A stretch of 59,374 nt of DNA, filler included, from Dugesia japonica (taxonomy: Eukaryota): assembly GCA_001938525.1 (NCBI GenBank). It is 6 parts of 6 records of this genome, joined end to end, with 100 filler letters (N's around TTAATTAATTAA, not from the genome) between each part and the next. Parts side by side here need not be neighbours in the genome. Positions count along the whole stretch, not along the records: positions 9,983 to 19,467 come from MQRL01221288.1; positions 19,568 to 28,795 come from MQRL01646170.1; 4 more parts are not named here. One strand, given 5' to 3'. Position 1 is the first letter of the stretch. Every line of letters starts with the position of its first letter. Positions 9,983-21,059 of the stretch are shown here, piece after piece. Both the position numbers and the translations under genes were made by a program. Under the pieces are notes generated by a model that had not been told where the DNA came from, did not search any database, and saw only the letters and a program-made list of their open reading frames with translations.

Positions 9983-12430
9983 TAATATATTTTTAAATTT
10001 AACGTTAATAAAATTTCGGATAAATTAAAATAAGATAAAATGTATTTATAAAATTCGACGTTAGATAAATTTTAAAATGTTTTGCAAATACTGGTATTTG
10101 ATGTTTTCCGTTTTGAATATGGAATTTTAAATTTGTTTAAGAAAACAAATTTATATGTATAGTTTTTGTTTGAATAAATTTTGTATTGAATTCGAGTTCT
10201 GATATTAATGATCAGACGAGTTTTCCAAATTCATCTAACATGTTGGCAGTGGTAAACACCTATGCGATCACAGAGAGATTGTTGCCAAAAATATTTTGCA
10301 GAGGCGATGATCTATTGAAGTTTATTAAACGGTGTGAAATATATTTTGAAGCAAAGAACATCATTGTTAAGAAAGATCAGGACCGTTGGACAACATGTAT
10401 GCTTCATGAAGATTTAATTGTAGCATATGTGAAGACCAAGAAGAAGTTGACGGAATTCGAGAGAGAACGCGATTAGCTTTTGAGAGCAAGAGAGACGTAA
10501 TAAAAGATTTACAGAATCTTTAAAGCTATCGATGTGGTGATAATGAACTTATGTTTCTTAAAAAAGTCGAAGATTTGGTCGATAAAGTTTAGCAAATTAA
10601 GAGCTGACGGAAGAAAAACTCTTATCAAAAATGCTAATAATTTGTGCAAATAGTAAAAAAGCAGAAGACGAAATAATCATGCAAAAATTTTAGAAAGTAG
10701 AAGATATTAAAGAAACGCTATCATTAGTTGAAAAAATAGAAAAAAGAGAACCTATTAACGTATTAAAGAGTTACGCAGGTGTAACACGTAGATAACGTAC
10801 TGGAGAGAGGAGACAAAATATCGAGAAGGTTGTATAAAGAACAGAATCAGAGTATTGGACATGCCAGAGTTATGAGCATACAAAAAGAGAGTGTCCCAAA
10901 AATTCTCATGTGGAATGTTGAACTTGCCACAAGAAAGAGCATTTAAGTAGAAATTGTCCAGGCAAAAAACCACCAAAATGTTTTGGATGTGGTAAGATTT
11001 TTCATATCAGAAAGAGGTTTAGAGACATTGTATGTGGTGGATGTAAAAGACCAGGTCACAGAGCAGAAGAATGTTATTCGAACATTAATAAAACTAGACT
11101 AGAAGGTAGATACAATTCTAAAAGCGAACAACAAACAAAAGATTGGAGTCGGACCAAACCAATCTATGCCATTCGAGATGAAAATGATGCTGAAAACGAA
11201 GAGATATTTTTGGGAGCATAATAGAAAATGAAGATCCGAGAAGAGAATACCCAAAAAATAGGGCTCCATCAGTAGAGGAGTTGGTCGGAGCCATTCATTA
11301 AACAAGATGCTGTTTGATTATCCTCAAGAGGCTGAGAAATGGAATGAAATGAGTAAAGTTTGAGGAAGTTTCAGTGATGCAGGAGATAACAAAGCGTAAG
11401 TGATATGAACAATTAAAGAGAAACAGAACATAGAAATTTCGTACGATAAAATGCAAGGGAGACTTAGCATTTTAGTAATGATCAAGGGCTAACAGTTTGA
11501 TTGTTTGTTAGATACAGGAGCAAGAATAAATGTGATGAGCATGAAAGGATTTAATAGACTCTGAGAAACAATGTTAGAGAAAAGCGAGGAACGATTGTAT
11601 TGCGCGAATAACAGCTCATTGGAGATGATTTGAAAGATACATGTGGAAGCTGTAGTTTTAGAGGTGTGCAAGGAAGTAACATTTATAATAGTAGAGAAAT
11701 TATTACCCGATCTAATTGGCGGAGTGGAATCCCAAAATAATTTTGGGTATCATCTTCCAACAAAGTGTAAGGCAGATATCAACAATTATCGAGAAAAATT
11801 GGTTTGCAACATCGAGTCAAAATGTGGAACACAGATACAGACGGGTGAACGATTGAGACATGCAATGGAGATATGTCAATTCATACGGAATTAGATCAAA
11901 ATTTTTGGACACGTTATCAGTAAAGAAGTTGTCAAAACAGATCTAACTAAAATAGAAGCAATTAAGAACTTTGATAAACCAAAATGTGTTAAGAAGATGA
12001 AAAGCTTTTTGGGAATTATCAATTACTATCGCAAGTTCATTAAAGATTATTCGAAAAAGCTAGATTGCTGGAACAACTGTGTAGTAGATCGAGTAACAAG
12101 AAGATTGAATGGCGAACGATTTAGAAGAAGTTTTTAATGGAATGAAAGAAGCACTAATAGTGTCTCCAATGTGTTTTCCAGATATAAATAGAGGATTTAC
12201 TTTGGACACGGATGCGAGTTTCAATACGATTGGGACAGTATTGTCTTAAAAGGACAACAATGGACAAGAAAGACTAATTGCAAATGGGTCACACGCAATG
12301 ACGAGTCACGAGAAAGGAGATTGTACTACGCGGGAAGAATTACTCGCAATTTACTATTTCTGTATTTATTTCAAACATTACATATATGGAAAGAGATTTA
12401 TCCTCAGAACAGACGATAAAGCTATAACTT
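9983..12430 (+). mobile_element. Degenerate Ty3/Gypsy LTR retrotransposon (LTR end, PBS, gag, protease, partial RT, RNase H)
   Basis: LTR end ..CATCTAACA at 10240, then PBS-like TGTTGGCAGTGG. Gag N-terminus and several CCHC knuckles (TCQSYEHTKREC, CFGCGKIFH, CGGCKRPGHRAEEC). Protease CLLDTGARINVM at ~11500. RT thumb FGHVIS..SFLGIINYYRKFIKDYS. RNase H FTLDTDAS and EELLAIYYFCIYFKHYIYGKRFILRTD. RT catalytic core is missing. Confidence 0.9.
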
Positions 12431-15072
12431 TGTATGTCTCACCGAGAATAAAAAATTATTTTTTCTGGAAATACTTATGATAATCAAATATATTCGGTTT
12501 TGTTTAACTCAGAATTAAAATCCAAACATATTTCCTATAGGGTTTGCTGAGCAAATGTTTTTGAATGAAATTTTGTGTTTTGGTTATTTTCCACAACTCT
12601 TTCTAAATCCATTAAAAGCATCGAACATATATAAGTTACTGCAAGCTAACGAATATAGTAAACAATATTTAAATTAGTTAATTTCGCAGACAATTGATGA
12701 ACCTTTTAGTGAATAATAATGTTGGGGTGAAACACCCAGTTAAGAAGAAATCAAGGCCAGGGGCCCAAATCATAAAACATCGAAGACGGTGGTTGGAAAG
12801 AAAACGCAGGGGAAAGAATATAATAATCAATCAGTAAAAGAAATCGAAAAGAAAAGCAATTATAAATAACTAATATTGTTAAAATATAACAAAAAATAAT
12901 CAATCGGAAAATAAAAATATAAAAAGAAGATGGATATGGAGATCTTGAGTGAACAAAAAATTTAACCAGCAACCATGCCAGTAATTAAAGAAAATTATCA
13001 AATTAATAATAAAAGACAAAAAAATTATTATAATTAATTTTCACAGAAAAAAATAATTAATTTGGACGGAAAAATAAATTGAAATTGAACGAAAATCAGT
13101 TTTTAGTGATTATCTCCGCTCGACATACTCACAGAGACTCGTGGAAAGAAAATCTAGAAAGAGAAAGATCTGGGGCAATAGGATTTGTCAACCCAAAAAT
13201 CGTAGCATCATCGGGAAGGTCCCTACAAGGGTTAGAAAAATGGGCCAATAAGGGGCCAGAAAAGGAAAATAAAACAAAGACGAGATCATCACATGGCACT
13301 ACAAAATTAGTCACTAATGGAAGCCAAAAAATCAATGAAAAATCTAAAAAAATTAGCACTGGAACCAATGAAAGACCATAATTTTGAATCAAAAATAGAA
13401 GCCAAATAGCAATGATGTTGAGTTGTATCTGGGAAACTATATAAGCCCCATGAAAATTAGAAGAAAAATACACATTTTTCATAAATTGTAAACTTCTGAT
13501 AGTTATTGTAGCATCTCTGAAATTTATTGGACTATCGAAGAGAAAACTTTTCTATTACTATCAACGGTGTGAATTATTTGAAAACACTTTGTTGGGCAAA
13601 TTGGTAGAATCGATCAAAGATTAATTTCGGCATAGTAACATTGGTCAATTATTCAGTGGATTTTTAACGTTAACTTATTACAGATCAAAATAGTCATGTG
13701 AACCCGAGAAAAATACTAGTGAACCATCATTCAGAATTTCGTCATAAAGAAAACAGACCTATTTACTCGTTCCCGTTGCAGAAAATCGTAATTATTCAGT
13801 AAGTATTCAGCCTGTTATAAAATTCGTTTTGAAATCATGAATTTTGTTTATGTAATAAATACTTGTCAAATGAAGTCTAGTTACTACATTATTAATAAAA
13901 TAAGTGTGGCATTAATCATTAATTTAATATTTATTTAGGATCTGTTTAAGTACTGCAAACATTTGGTTTAAACAGAAAATCATTAGTCAGTAATGACTTT
14001 CTTTCATTCTTGTTACTATTTTTAGCTATCATTGATGTGATTATGGATTAAAGGATGAAATTATCTAGTATGGTAGAGTCGTTGTTTAACCAGTAGTCAC
14101 CACACGCATTGCCATATGAACTAATCCAATCGTTAGGACTACTGCACTCATTTCACAAAGGTATGATAAATCAATAAATGACCTCATTGATAAATAACGT
14201 GACATACACACAGGACATGTGTGTATCAACAGAAATCTCTGACACAGTCATTATGCTAACAAGAATATTAGAATTGATTTACATCTTAACTAGTATCAGC
14301 TAATATCTTTATTTGTCTCATCAATAGATTCTCGACCAGAAAAAGAAGAAAAAACAACCACTTTTATGTATCAAGCAATGGCCGCTATTCTGTAAAATAT
14401 CACCTAAAGGATTTAGGGAGGCACCAATCTAATATGACTTTTTTTAACTAAGTGAAATTCCATGTTTGACTTGGGTATTCAGCCTTCACACAGATGGTAT
14501 TCGGTAATTTGATGATATTTGGAAATCATGAAAATATGGATTTAAAACAACATCAACTATAATTTCATCCTGGGACTCACACAATAATGTGGGTTGAGAG
14601 AATCAATAGCGTTCTACCATCAAGGAAAGTATATTGTTGTAATCACAATATATGTGGACTTGATTTTATCTTATTACTGATTTTGTCATATGTAGTAAAG
14701 GGTATATGGGTAATTAGATTTCAGTTGAATTATTTTGTTATTTAATGTCATTAAAAAATTTTTTTTCTTTTCATCATAATTTTATAATTAAATAAAGTTT
14801 AGCGCATGGTTGTAGTTAGCAGTTCAAAATACAGCTGTAAATGAATAACCGAGAAGGTTTTAATCCCCTACTGATAACGAGGGTTTGCTTCAGTTAATAA
14901 ACGGACGTTACCATTATATTTTCTATGATATAAAATTTTGCTAGCACATGGGGTTCACTCATCCTGTTACATTGATTCCAGCCGAAAAAAACTATTTTTA
15001 ATTACATCATTACCCACTAGGGGATAGGGTGATTCTACTACTTATTAATAATCAACTTTCATACGTTTAGTA

Positions 15073-15258
15073 ATGACAATAGAGCTCAGTTATGCCCTCC
15101 AGATCATCCGAAAGCAGCGACGAGTTGCTCGCCGAAAACAGCTGCTGGCCTACATTTTTTCTCGCAGAACCGTCGAGCATCCCGACGAGACGGATCTTAG
15201 CTGTTTCGTTGAGATGTTCCCTCTGAATGTTCAGGTGGGTATCGACACAGAAATCTGA
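15073..15258 (+). CDS. Small protein of unknown function, DETDL family copy 1
   Basis: MTIELSYALQIIRKQRRVARRKQLLAYIFSRRTVEHPDETDLSCFVEMFPLN. Acceptor AG at 15069-15070, AATAAA at 15290. Paralogs at 29741 and 30511. Confidence 0.6.
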   Translation: MTIELSYALQIIRKQRRVARRKQLLAYIFSRRTVEHPDETDLSCFVEMFPLNVQVGIDTEI

Positions 15259-15387
15259 AAGTAGTATCGTTAACGTTTTATAAAATAATAATAAACTTAT
15301 TGAATCTGTGTTGGAGTTTCTTATAGATTTAATTTATATATTAGCTAAATTCCTTTTTATAAACCTAAACCCATTTTATTTTTCTAG

Positions 15388-15724
15388 TGAATCACAAATG
15401 GGAAGTTTTGTTGGACCAACGCACTGGTCGCACAATATTTAGGAAGTACACGAATCCCTACAATCGGATTGATGGCGTCTTAGTAGATTACTCGAATTTA
15501 CCTAAGAAGGAGGCTGAGAACGAGCAGGAATGGGTCGAAGCCGAGCGCCAGGCTTTTTATACTTGAAATGGCTCGGATCGAACCTGAGAAGTATATCATT
15601 CCATCACCGCTTTCCCGCCTATAAATACTGGGGAAATTGGGACTGCCAGCGAATGGTGTTCAGGTCCATTAGTGATCCCTATCTCAGTCGAGCACTTACC
15701 ACCCTACACGAGATTATACAGTGA
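15388..15724 (+). pseudogene. NPYN-family module (frameshifted)
   Basis: Acceptor AG at 15386-15387. Translation KWEVLLDQRTGRTIFRKYTNPYNRIDGVLVDYSN, with a second internal RMVFRSISDPY repeat. AATAAA at 15729. Confidence 0.5.
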
Positions 15725-16107
15725 CATAAATAAAACATTATGGGATCTGAGAAATATCGCTGACGGGGGCGGATCCGAGAATGATGCACCAAACAATGGG
15801 ACTTGACTTTTATAATGTCATTAGTTATTTTTATCAAACGCTGTAGTAATAATAATAATTTGTTGTATTTTCAGCACCATTCTTATATCTTGTAGTTTAA
15901 TTAGGATTTTAATTTTTATCAAATAGGAATTAGTCGTAAGAAATATCTCGTTTAACTCGAGACTGATAATTTTTGAAGGTGTGTTCTTTTGTCTTCACTA
16001 TTGAATTATAAACCTCGCAAATGTTTCATTTTTATTTAGTCCATTCCTCCTTAACTCGTACCATAGCACTCACCAAAAAGTTGCGAGAAGTCGACGAGGA
16101 CTAAGAA

Positions 16108-16398
16108 ATGACTTGGGACCTATACCGTCTAGCGAAAAGGCGATGGAAAGCAGACGTTGCTAATTCCACTAGTAAAGTGAAAAGATATAAGGCCAAGTGC
16201 CTCACTTTTAAAAAGGAAGTCGAAGCCTCACACGACCAAGAGTGGGTGTGGAAAAGACAGATAGAGTCTTTCAGCGAAGTCATCCGGTCCTACCAAGACC
16301 GAGAGAATAAACTGGTCGATGATATTTTGAAATTACGGAATGATCGGCCGCTTGAACCCCTTTTGGTAGACAAGAGTACTCAAACTTCGCGGTCTTAA
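16108..16398 (+). CDS. Basic coiled-coil ORF of unknown function inside the LTR-like unit
   Basis: 96-aa ORF, GC-richer than its flanks, with heptad-like character. Acceptor AG at 16038-16039 and AATAAA at 16428. Confidence 0.5.
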   Translation: MTWDLYRLAKRRWKADVANSTSKVKRYKAKCLTFKKEVEASHDQEWVWKRQIESFSEVIRSYQDRENKLVDDILKLRNDRPLEPLLVDKSTQTSRS

Positions 16399-16741
16399 CT
16401 TTTTTAAATGTTGTGTTTTGTCTTTTAAATAAATATCGGGTGTCTAAAGTAATTCATTTGCGTTCATACAGGTGACGGTGATGGGGTCCCCGTTTAATTT
16501 TATGGGATAAATAAATTATATTCTGTCATAATTTCTTATTCGTTTAGTGCCAAGGATCCGATTCCCTACAAGTCTTAAGCGATGTCACCACCTGATACAA
16601 TAATTATTGGTAGAGAGACATGTTAAACGACAGAAGTAAATGGCCTTACTAAAACATCTGTCACAACGTAATAAGTTAATCAAAAAGATGGATGTGATCG
16701 TGAAAAAGTAGAGTGACCTGGCAACGCAAACCAAACAACTC

Positions 16742-16909
16742 ATGCAAAATAAGATAGATTTTTTGAAACATTATATCTCCGACCTGTCTCGTCAACTAGG
16801 CCACATGTCCTGTTTACAATGGGACGATAACGACGACACGGCGGTGTTCAATTTTATACCAGAAGAGCCTACCCAGTGGTTAGACACGGGGGCTATGGAT
16901 CTAATGTAA
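16742..16909 (+). CDS. KIxFL-family small ORF (likely 3' part of a module starting at acceptor 16547)
   Basis: MQNKIDFLKHYISDLSRQL..DDTAVFNFIPEEPTQWLDTGAMDLM*, with AATAAA at 16917. Resembles ORF 9240-9500(-). Confidence 0.45.
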   Translation: MQNKIDFLKHYISDLSRQLGHMSCLQWDDNDDTAVFNFIPEEPTQWLDTGAMDLM

Positions 16910-18289
16910 ATTTAGAAATAAATAAATCTTAGTTTTTAATTTTTCCTAATCGTTATAAGTGAATTTGAAGAAGGGAAACCAAAGAACCCAAACTAAAGGT
17001 GTACGAGTGTGAACCTCCCGTAAGGGTTGGAGGTCAACCGCTCAACATTGAATATCTAACACATGGACGTTAGATTTAAATTCTTGAAAGGAATCCCCTG
17101 AGGCCCGTTTTTCCCCAGCCAGCGTTCCTTTTCACCGTCAGCTCAGGTGGAACCCCAACAATAATATTGATTTCGACAAAAAGGTTGAAACTTTATTGAA
17201 TAATTATAAATCTAATAAGACTTTGTCAAATGCTGGGTCATTTATTTTATCGATTCTTGAAGCTTTTAAAAGGTTTAAGTATATAAAAAATATATAAAAA
17301 GATATCAAATATGAAAACAAACAAATGAAATTATTTTCCGTTGATTTTTTTGTAACCTAAATTATCAAACATGTTTATGGAATTTAATTAAGATAATTAG
17401 TGTCTAGTGTTAGATACTTGTTTACAATTATAAATTAAATAAAAACAATCTACACTTTTTAATGCATTATCATTTATTTAAAAAAATGAAATATATTGCA
17501 ATCAATATAATTTTATCTTCAGTTATATGACAATCTTAGTTCTTCAGTTTCTTTAAATGATTTTGAAAAGATGCGTTCCAGATCAAATGTACCAGAAGCC
17601 AAAAATAGTAAGTATTTCTAGTATTTAAGCCATTTAATAAATTAAAATTAAAGCAAATTATTAATAATAACAAATTAATTAAATTATTAATTACAATTTT
17701 AAATGGCATGAATTTCATGATTTAAATCAAAAATCACATTCTACAATAGCCAAAATATTTAATGTTTTTTAGTTAAATTAGCAGTGAAATGTAAAAATTA
17801 TTATTAGATTTCTAATCATTAAGCTATTAACGCCCAAAATAAAACTACAATTGAAAATACTGTTTATTTACTATTTATTTAAACAAAACAAAAAATAGTT
17901 TATTAAAAGAAATTCAAAAAAATAAATAAAATATTACCTAGCATGCAGTAAATGAAAAATATCGTCACAATAATATTTTGTTTTAATACAGTTTAATTGT
18001 AGACAATAATCAAAAATAAATTTATCTATATTATTATTTTTAAGAAAAATATAAATATCTTACCTGAATAATCTTATAATTTTTAATTTTTATATAGCAA
18101 ACTCTATTTTTAAAAAATTGAGCTTTTAATTCTGAGTTCAATGATTCCAAATTTGAAATTGTACGATAAACATGGACCGAGAATATTCGAATTTCCAACG
18201 AGCTAAAATTCGACCAATAAAATTCGAAATCGAAAATATTATTTACTAAATCAAAATCCTACATTTTTAAATAACTCAAATCTTTCGAT

Positions 18290-18580
18290 CACTTCGTCGG
18301 CGGAAGGGGAGGTGATTGAGTGCACTAGTATCTATCTACTAAATTATCATGACGATTACCTGAAATATGGATTTGTTGTATCAAAAAACGATTCCTCACT
18401 GCCGTTTCATTTGACATGCCTCAATACTCTAAGCAACGAAACGATGACACATTAATCACATGCATAAGTTTTTGTTAACAAAATGTTTTTCACGTTTACA
18501 AAATTATCCGTTTTTAAATGGGTGCGCCTCGAAAATTATTTTAAGCACCACGATCTGAAAAATGGTTTCCCGATTCTGTA
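18290..18580 (+). mobile_element. hAT Buster/Charlie (ZBED5-like) remnant
   Basis: YHDDYLKYGFVVSKNDSSLPFHLTCLNTLSNETM (~18345-18447) matches the Buster N-terminal Y..YL..GF..P.C..C...LSN..M motif. Ends are approximate. Confidence 0.6.
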
Positions 18581-19073
18581 CTAAGCAATCATACATATTT
18601 AATCAAAGATTATTTTTTATTTGGAAATTGAATGAATTTAAATAGTATTATATAATTTAATGTTTAATATAAATTTTTATTAAAATAAATCACCACTAAG
18701 ATTTATGATAAGAGCAGTGTTAATTAAAAATTTTACAATCAAAATTATTTTCATACAAATAATATCCGTGAAATAATTTCTTTAAGAAACTTGGAATCCA
18801 CTAGGATTTTCAAATCCCAAAGGTTATGTAAGATATCTCACATTAATGTATATCAGCCTATTTTTCGTATTTGCAGTGCTATTTAAACAGTGTTGTTCAA
18901 GTTCTTGGATCATGCGAAGATTTCAAAAGGGACATTTATAACTGTGAATGGATTTCTACCGAGAAAACAAATGATTCAATATTTGTTGAAGGTTAGGTAT
19001 AATTTTGCATTTTTTGTATTAATTTTAATATATTTGGTCGATATTTAAATGAAATTTATTAATTTAATAAATT

Positions 19074-19290
19074 ACCCAAACCGAGCAATCTCGAAGAAAT
19101 ATTGGACTAAATTCACCTAAACCAGCCAAAACTAACTAAAATAACCAATCCCGATGAAATTTTCGACCAAATCACCCAAAATTTACCTAAAACCGACCAT
19201 GTTTGCCCAAACTGACCAATCCCGAGGAAATATTCTACCGAATTCACCTGAACCAATTAAAAATCGAACTTCTTCGACCTCAACGAATAA
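19074..19290. repeat. Degenerate tandem repeat (ACCAATCCCGA..AAATATT..CCAAATTCACC units)
   Basis: Three to four imperfect ~60-70-bp units in a C-rich patch. Confidence 0.55.
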
Positions 19291-21059
19291 ATCCCCAACC
19301 AAAAAGCTTGAAAAATTTGTTACCACATGAAAAGCCTAATAACTACTACGGCTTAAAAAGCCAAAAAAAGTTTCCCAACTAAATGCACAGGGAAATACTA
19401 AAACAGTAAAGTAATATAACTTAGTATGATGCATTTTTTAAATTCCTAAATACATGAATTAGGATTANNNNNNNNNNNNNNNNNNNNNNNNNNNNNNNNN
19501 NNNNNNNNNNNTTAATTAATTAANNNNNNNNNNNNNNNNNNNNNNNNNNNNNNNNNNNNNNNNNNNNAATCATATAAGAAATATGTGCAGATTTAAATTC
19601 TGCGTTTAAAAATATCCATTTTGCTATTTTATCATAAGTATTTCTCGAAAAAATAATTTTTCATCCTCCGTGAGACATGGAACCTGGGAATTTTCTATCT
19701 TTTGAACAAAAAATATTTTTACAACAAACCTTACACAAAATTTGCTTGGAATTATATTCTGAAATTTTAAAAAAAAATAATTATAAAAATAAAGAAAAAA
19801 AAATAATTATAAAAATAAAGAAAAAAAAACTAATAATAATAATAAAAAAAAGGTTTCAAAAAAATAAAACTTAAAAAAAAATAAATAAACCATAAAACAA
19901 AAATTTATTTATAACAAGTAAAATGCAGCTATATTAAAGATAAAGAAACATAAAAGCAACTATAATAAGGAAATTGCAAATTGAATTCAACTATAACAAA
20001 GAAAATACGACATGAATTCAATTAAACAAAGAACGTGAGTCATATTTGTGCAACATTAATNNNNNNNNNNNNNNNNNAATGCACGATAAATCAAAGTTTT
20101 AATAAGGTTTCTTTAGAATATTATTGGATTTTATAGGTTATATATATAGTTTTTTATAGAGATTTAAAAGATTTTATTAGTTTGAAAATGTTTTTAAAGT
20201 TCATAAGATAATTTAATTTTAATAAATTAATAATTAAAAAAATTTTAATTTATCAATAAATTAATTTTTTTGTAAGTATGTAAAATTAATTATTATTATA
20301 TAGAAATTATTTATTTATTTTTGTTTAACTAAGTTAAATAAATAAAATGGTAGATGACCTTGAAAATCAATAATTATAATTGATAATTATTTCATAATTC
20401 AATTACAAAGTAAGTGACCATTTATTCGTTAATTTATTTTAATGATTTTTTTTATTCTAGATGAATTCAAATGAATTCAAAGAAAAATATTTCAACAAAC
20501 ATGACTAGAAGCCTAAACATGGTAAGTTTGATTAATTACTTTATTGTTATTGATTTATCTTTTAGACTGAAAAAGTAAATGATGTGTCTAAGGAATTTTA
20601 TGACAATATGACAAAAGAATTTATAAATAGAGGTTAGATTTATTAAGATTAAATTTTAGGTTAATGACTTTCTTTAATAATTATATATTAATGATTTTTT
20701 TAAAATTTGATTATAATTTCATTTCATTTTATAATAATAACAATATAATAAAACAATATAATAATATAATTACCATGTAATCACCTTATAAAACCCCATA
20801 GAAAACATATTGAAGTTAGTAAAATATTTTTCCTGAAATTTATGAATATTTGTATGAACTTTGTATATTTTATTAATAAAATTATATGTAAATTGTACAT
20901 ATTAGGTGTATAATTGGGTTTTGAATGTTCTTAATACATTTAATGTATGGATTTCTTTGAATTATTTGCGTTCATGTAATGTAATAATTGAATGTATGCT
21001 GTTTGTTGTTTCATTGAGTGCATTGGGTTTATTGCACGATTTTCTTAACTCTTCTAAGG

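Larger units (their letters stand above)
12720..17160 (+). mobile_element. Putative giant solo LTR (4441 bp) carrying small ORF modules
   Basis: Starts TGTTGGGGT and ends ACCCCAACA (9-bp perfect inverted termini). Flanked by ATAA on both sides (12716-12719 and 17161-17164). TATA-like CTATATAAG at ~13437. May contain a secondary insertion around 13900-14800. Confidence 0.6.

Noticed and set aside
13890-14800. Possible coding relic or nested insertion within the giant LTR-like unit
   Set aside because: No convincing motif or boundaries by eye. A TG..CA sub-unit at 12720-13888 was considered as the LTR but has no TSD.
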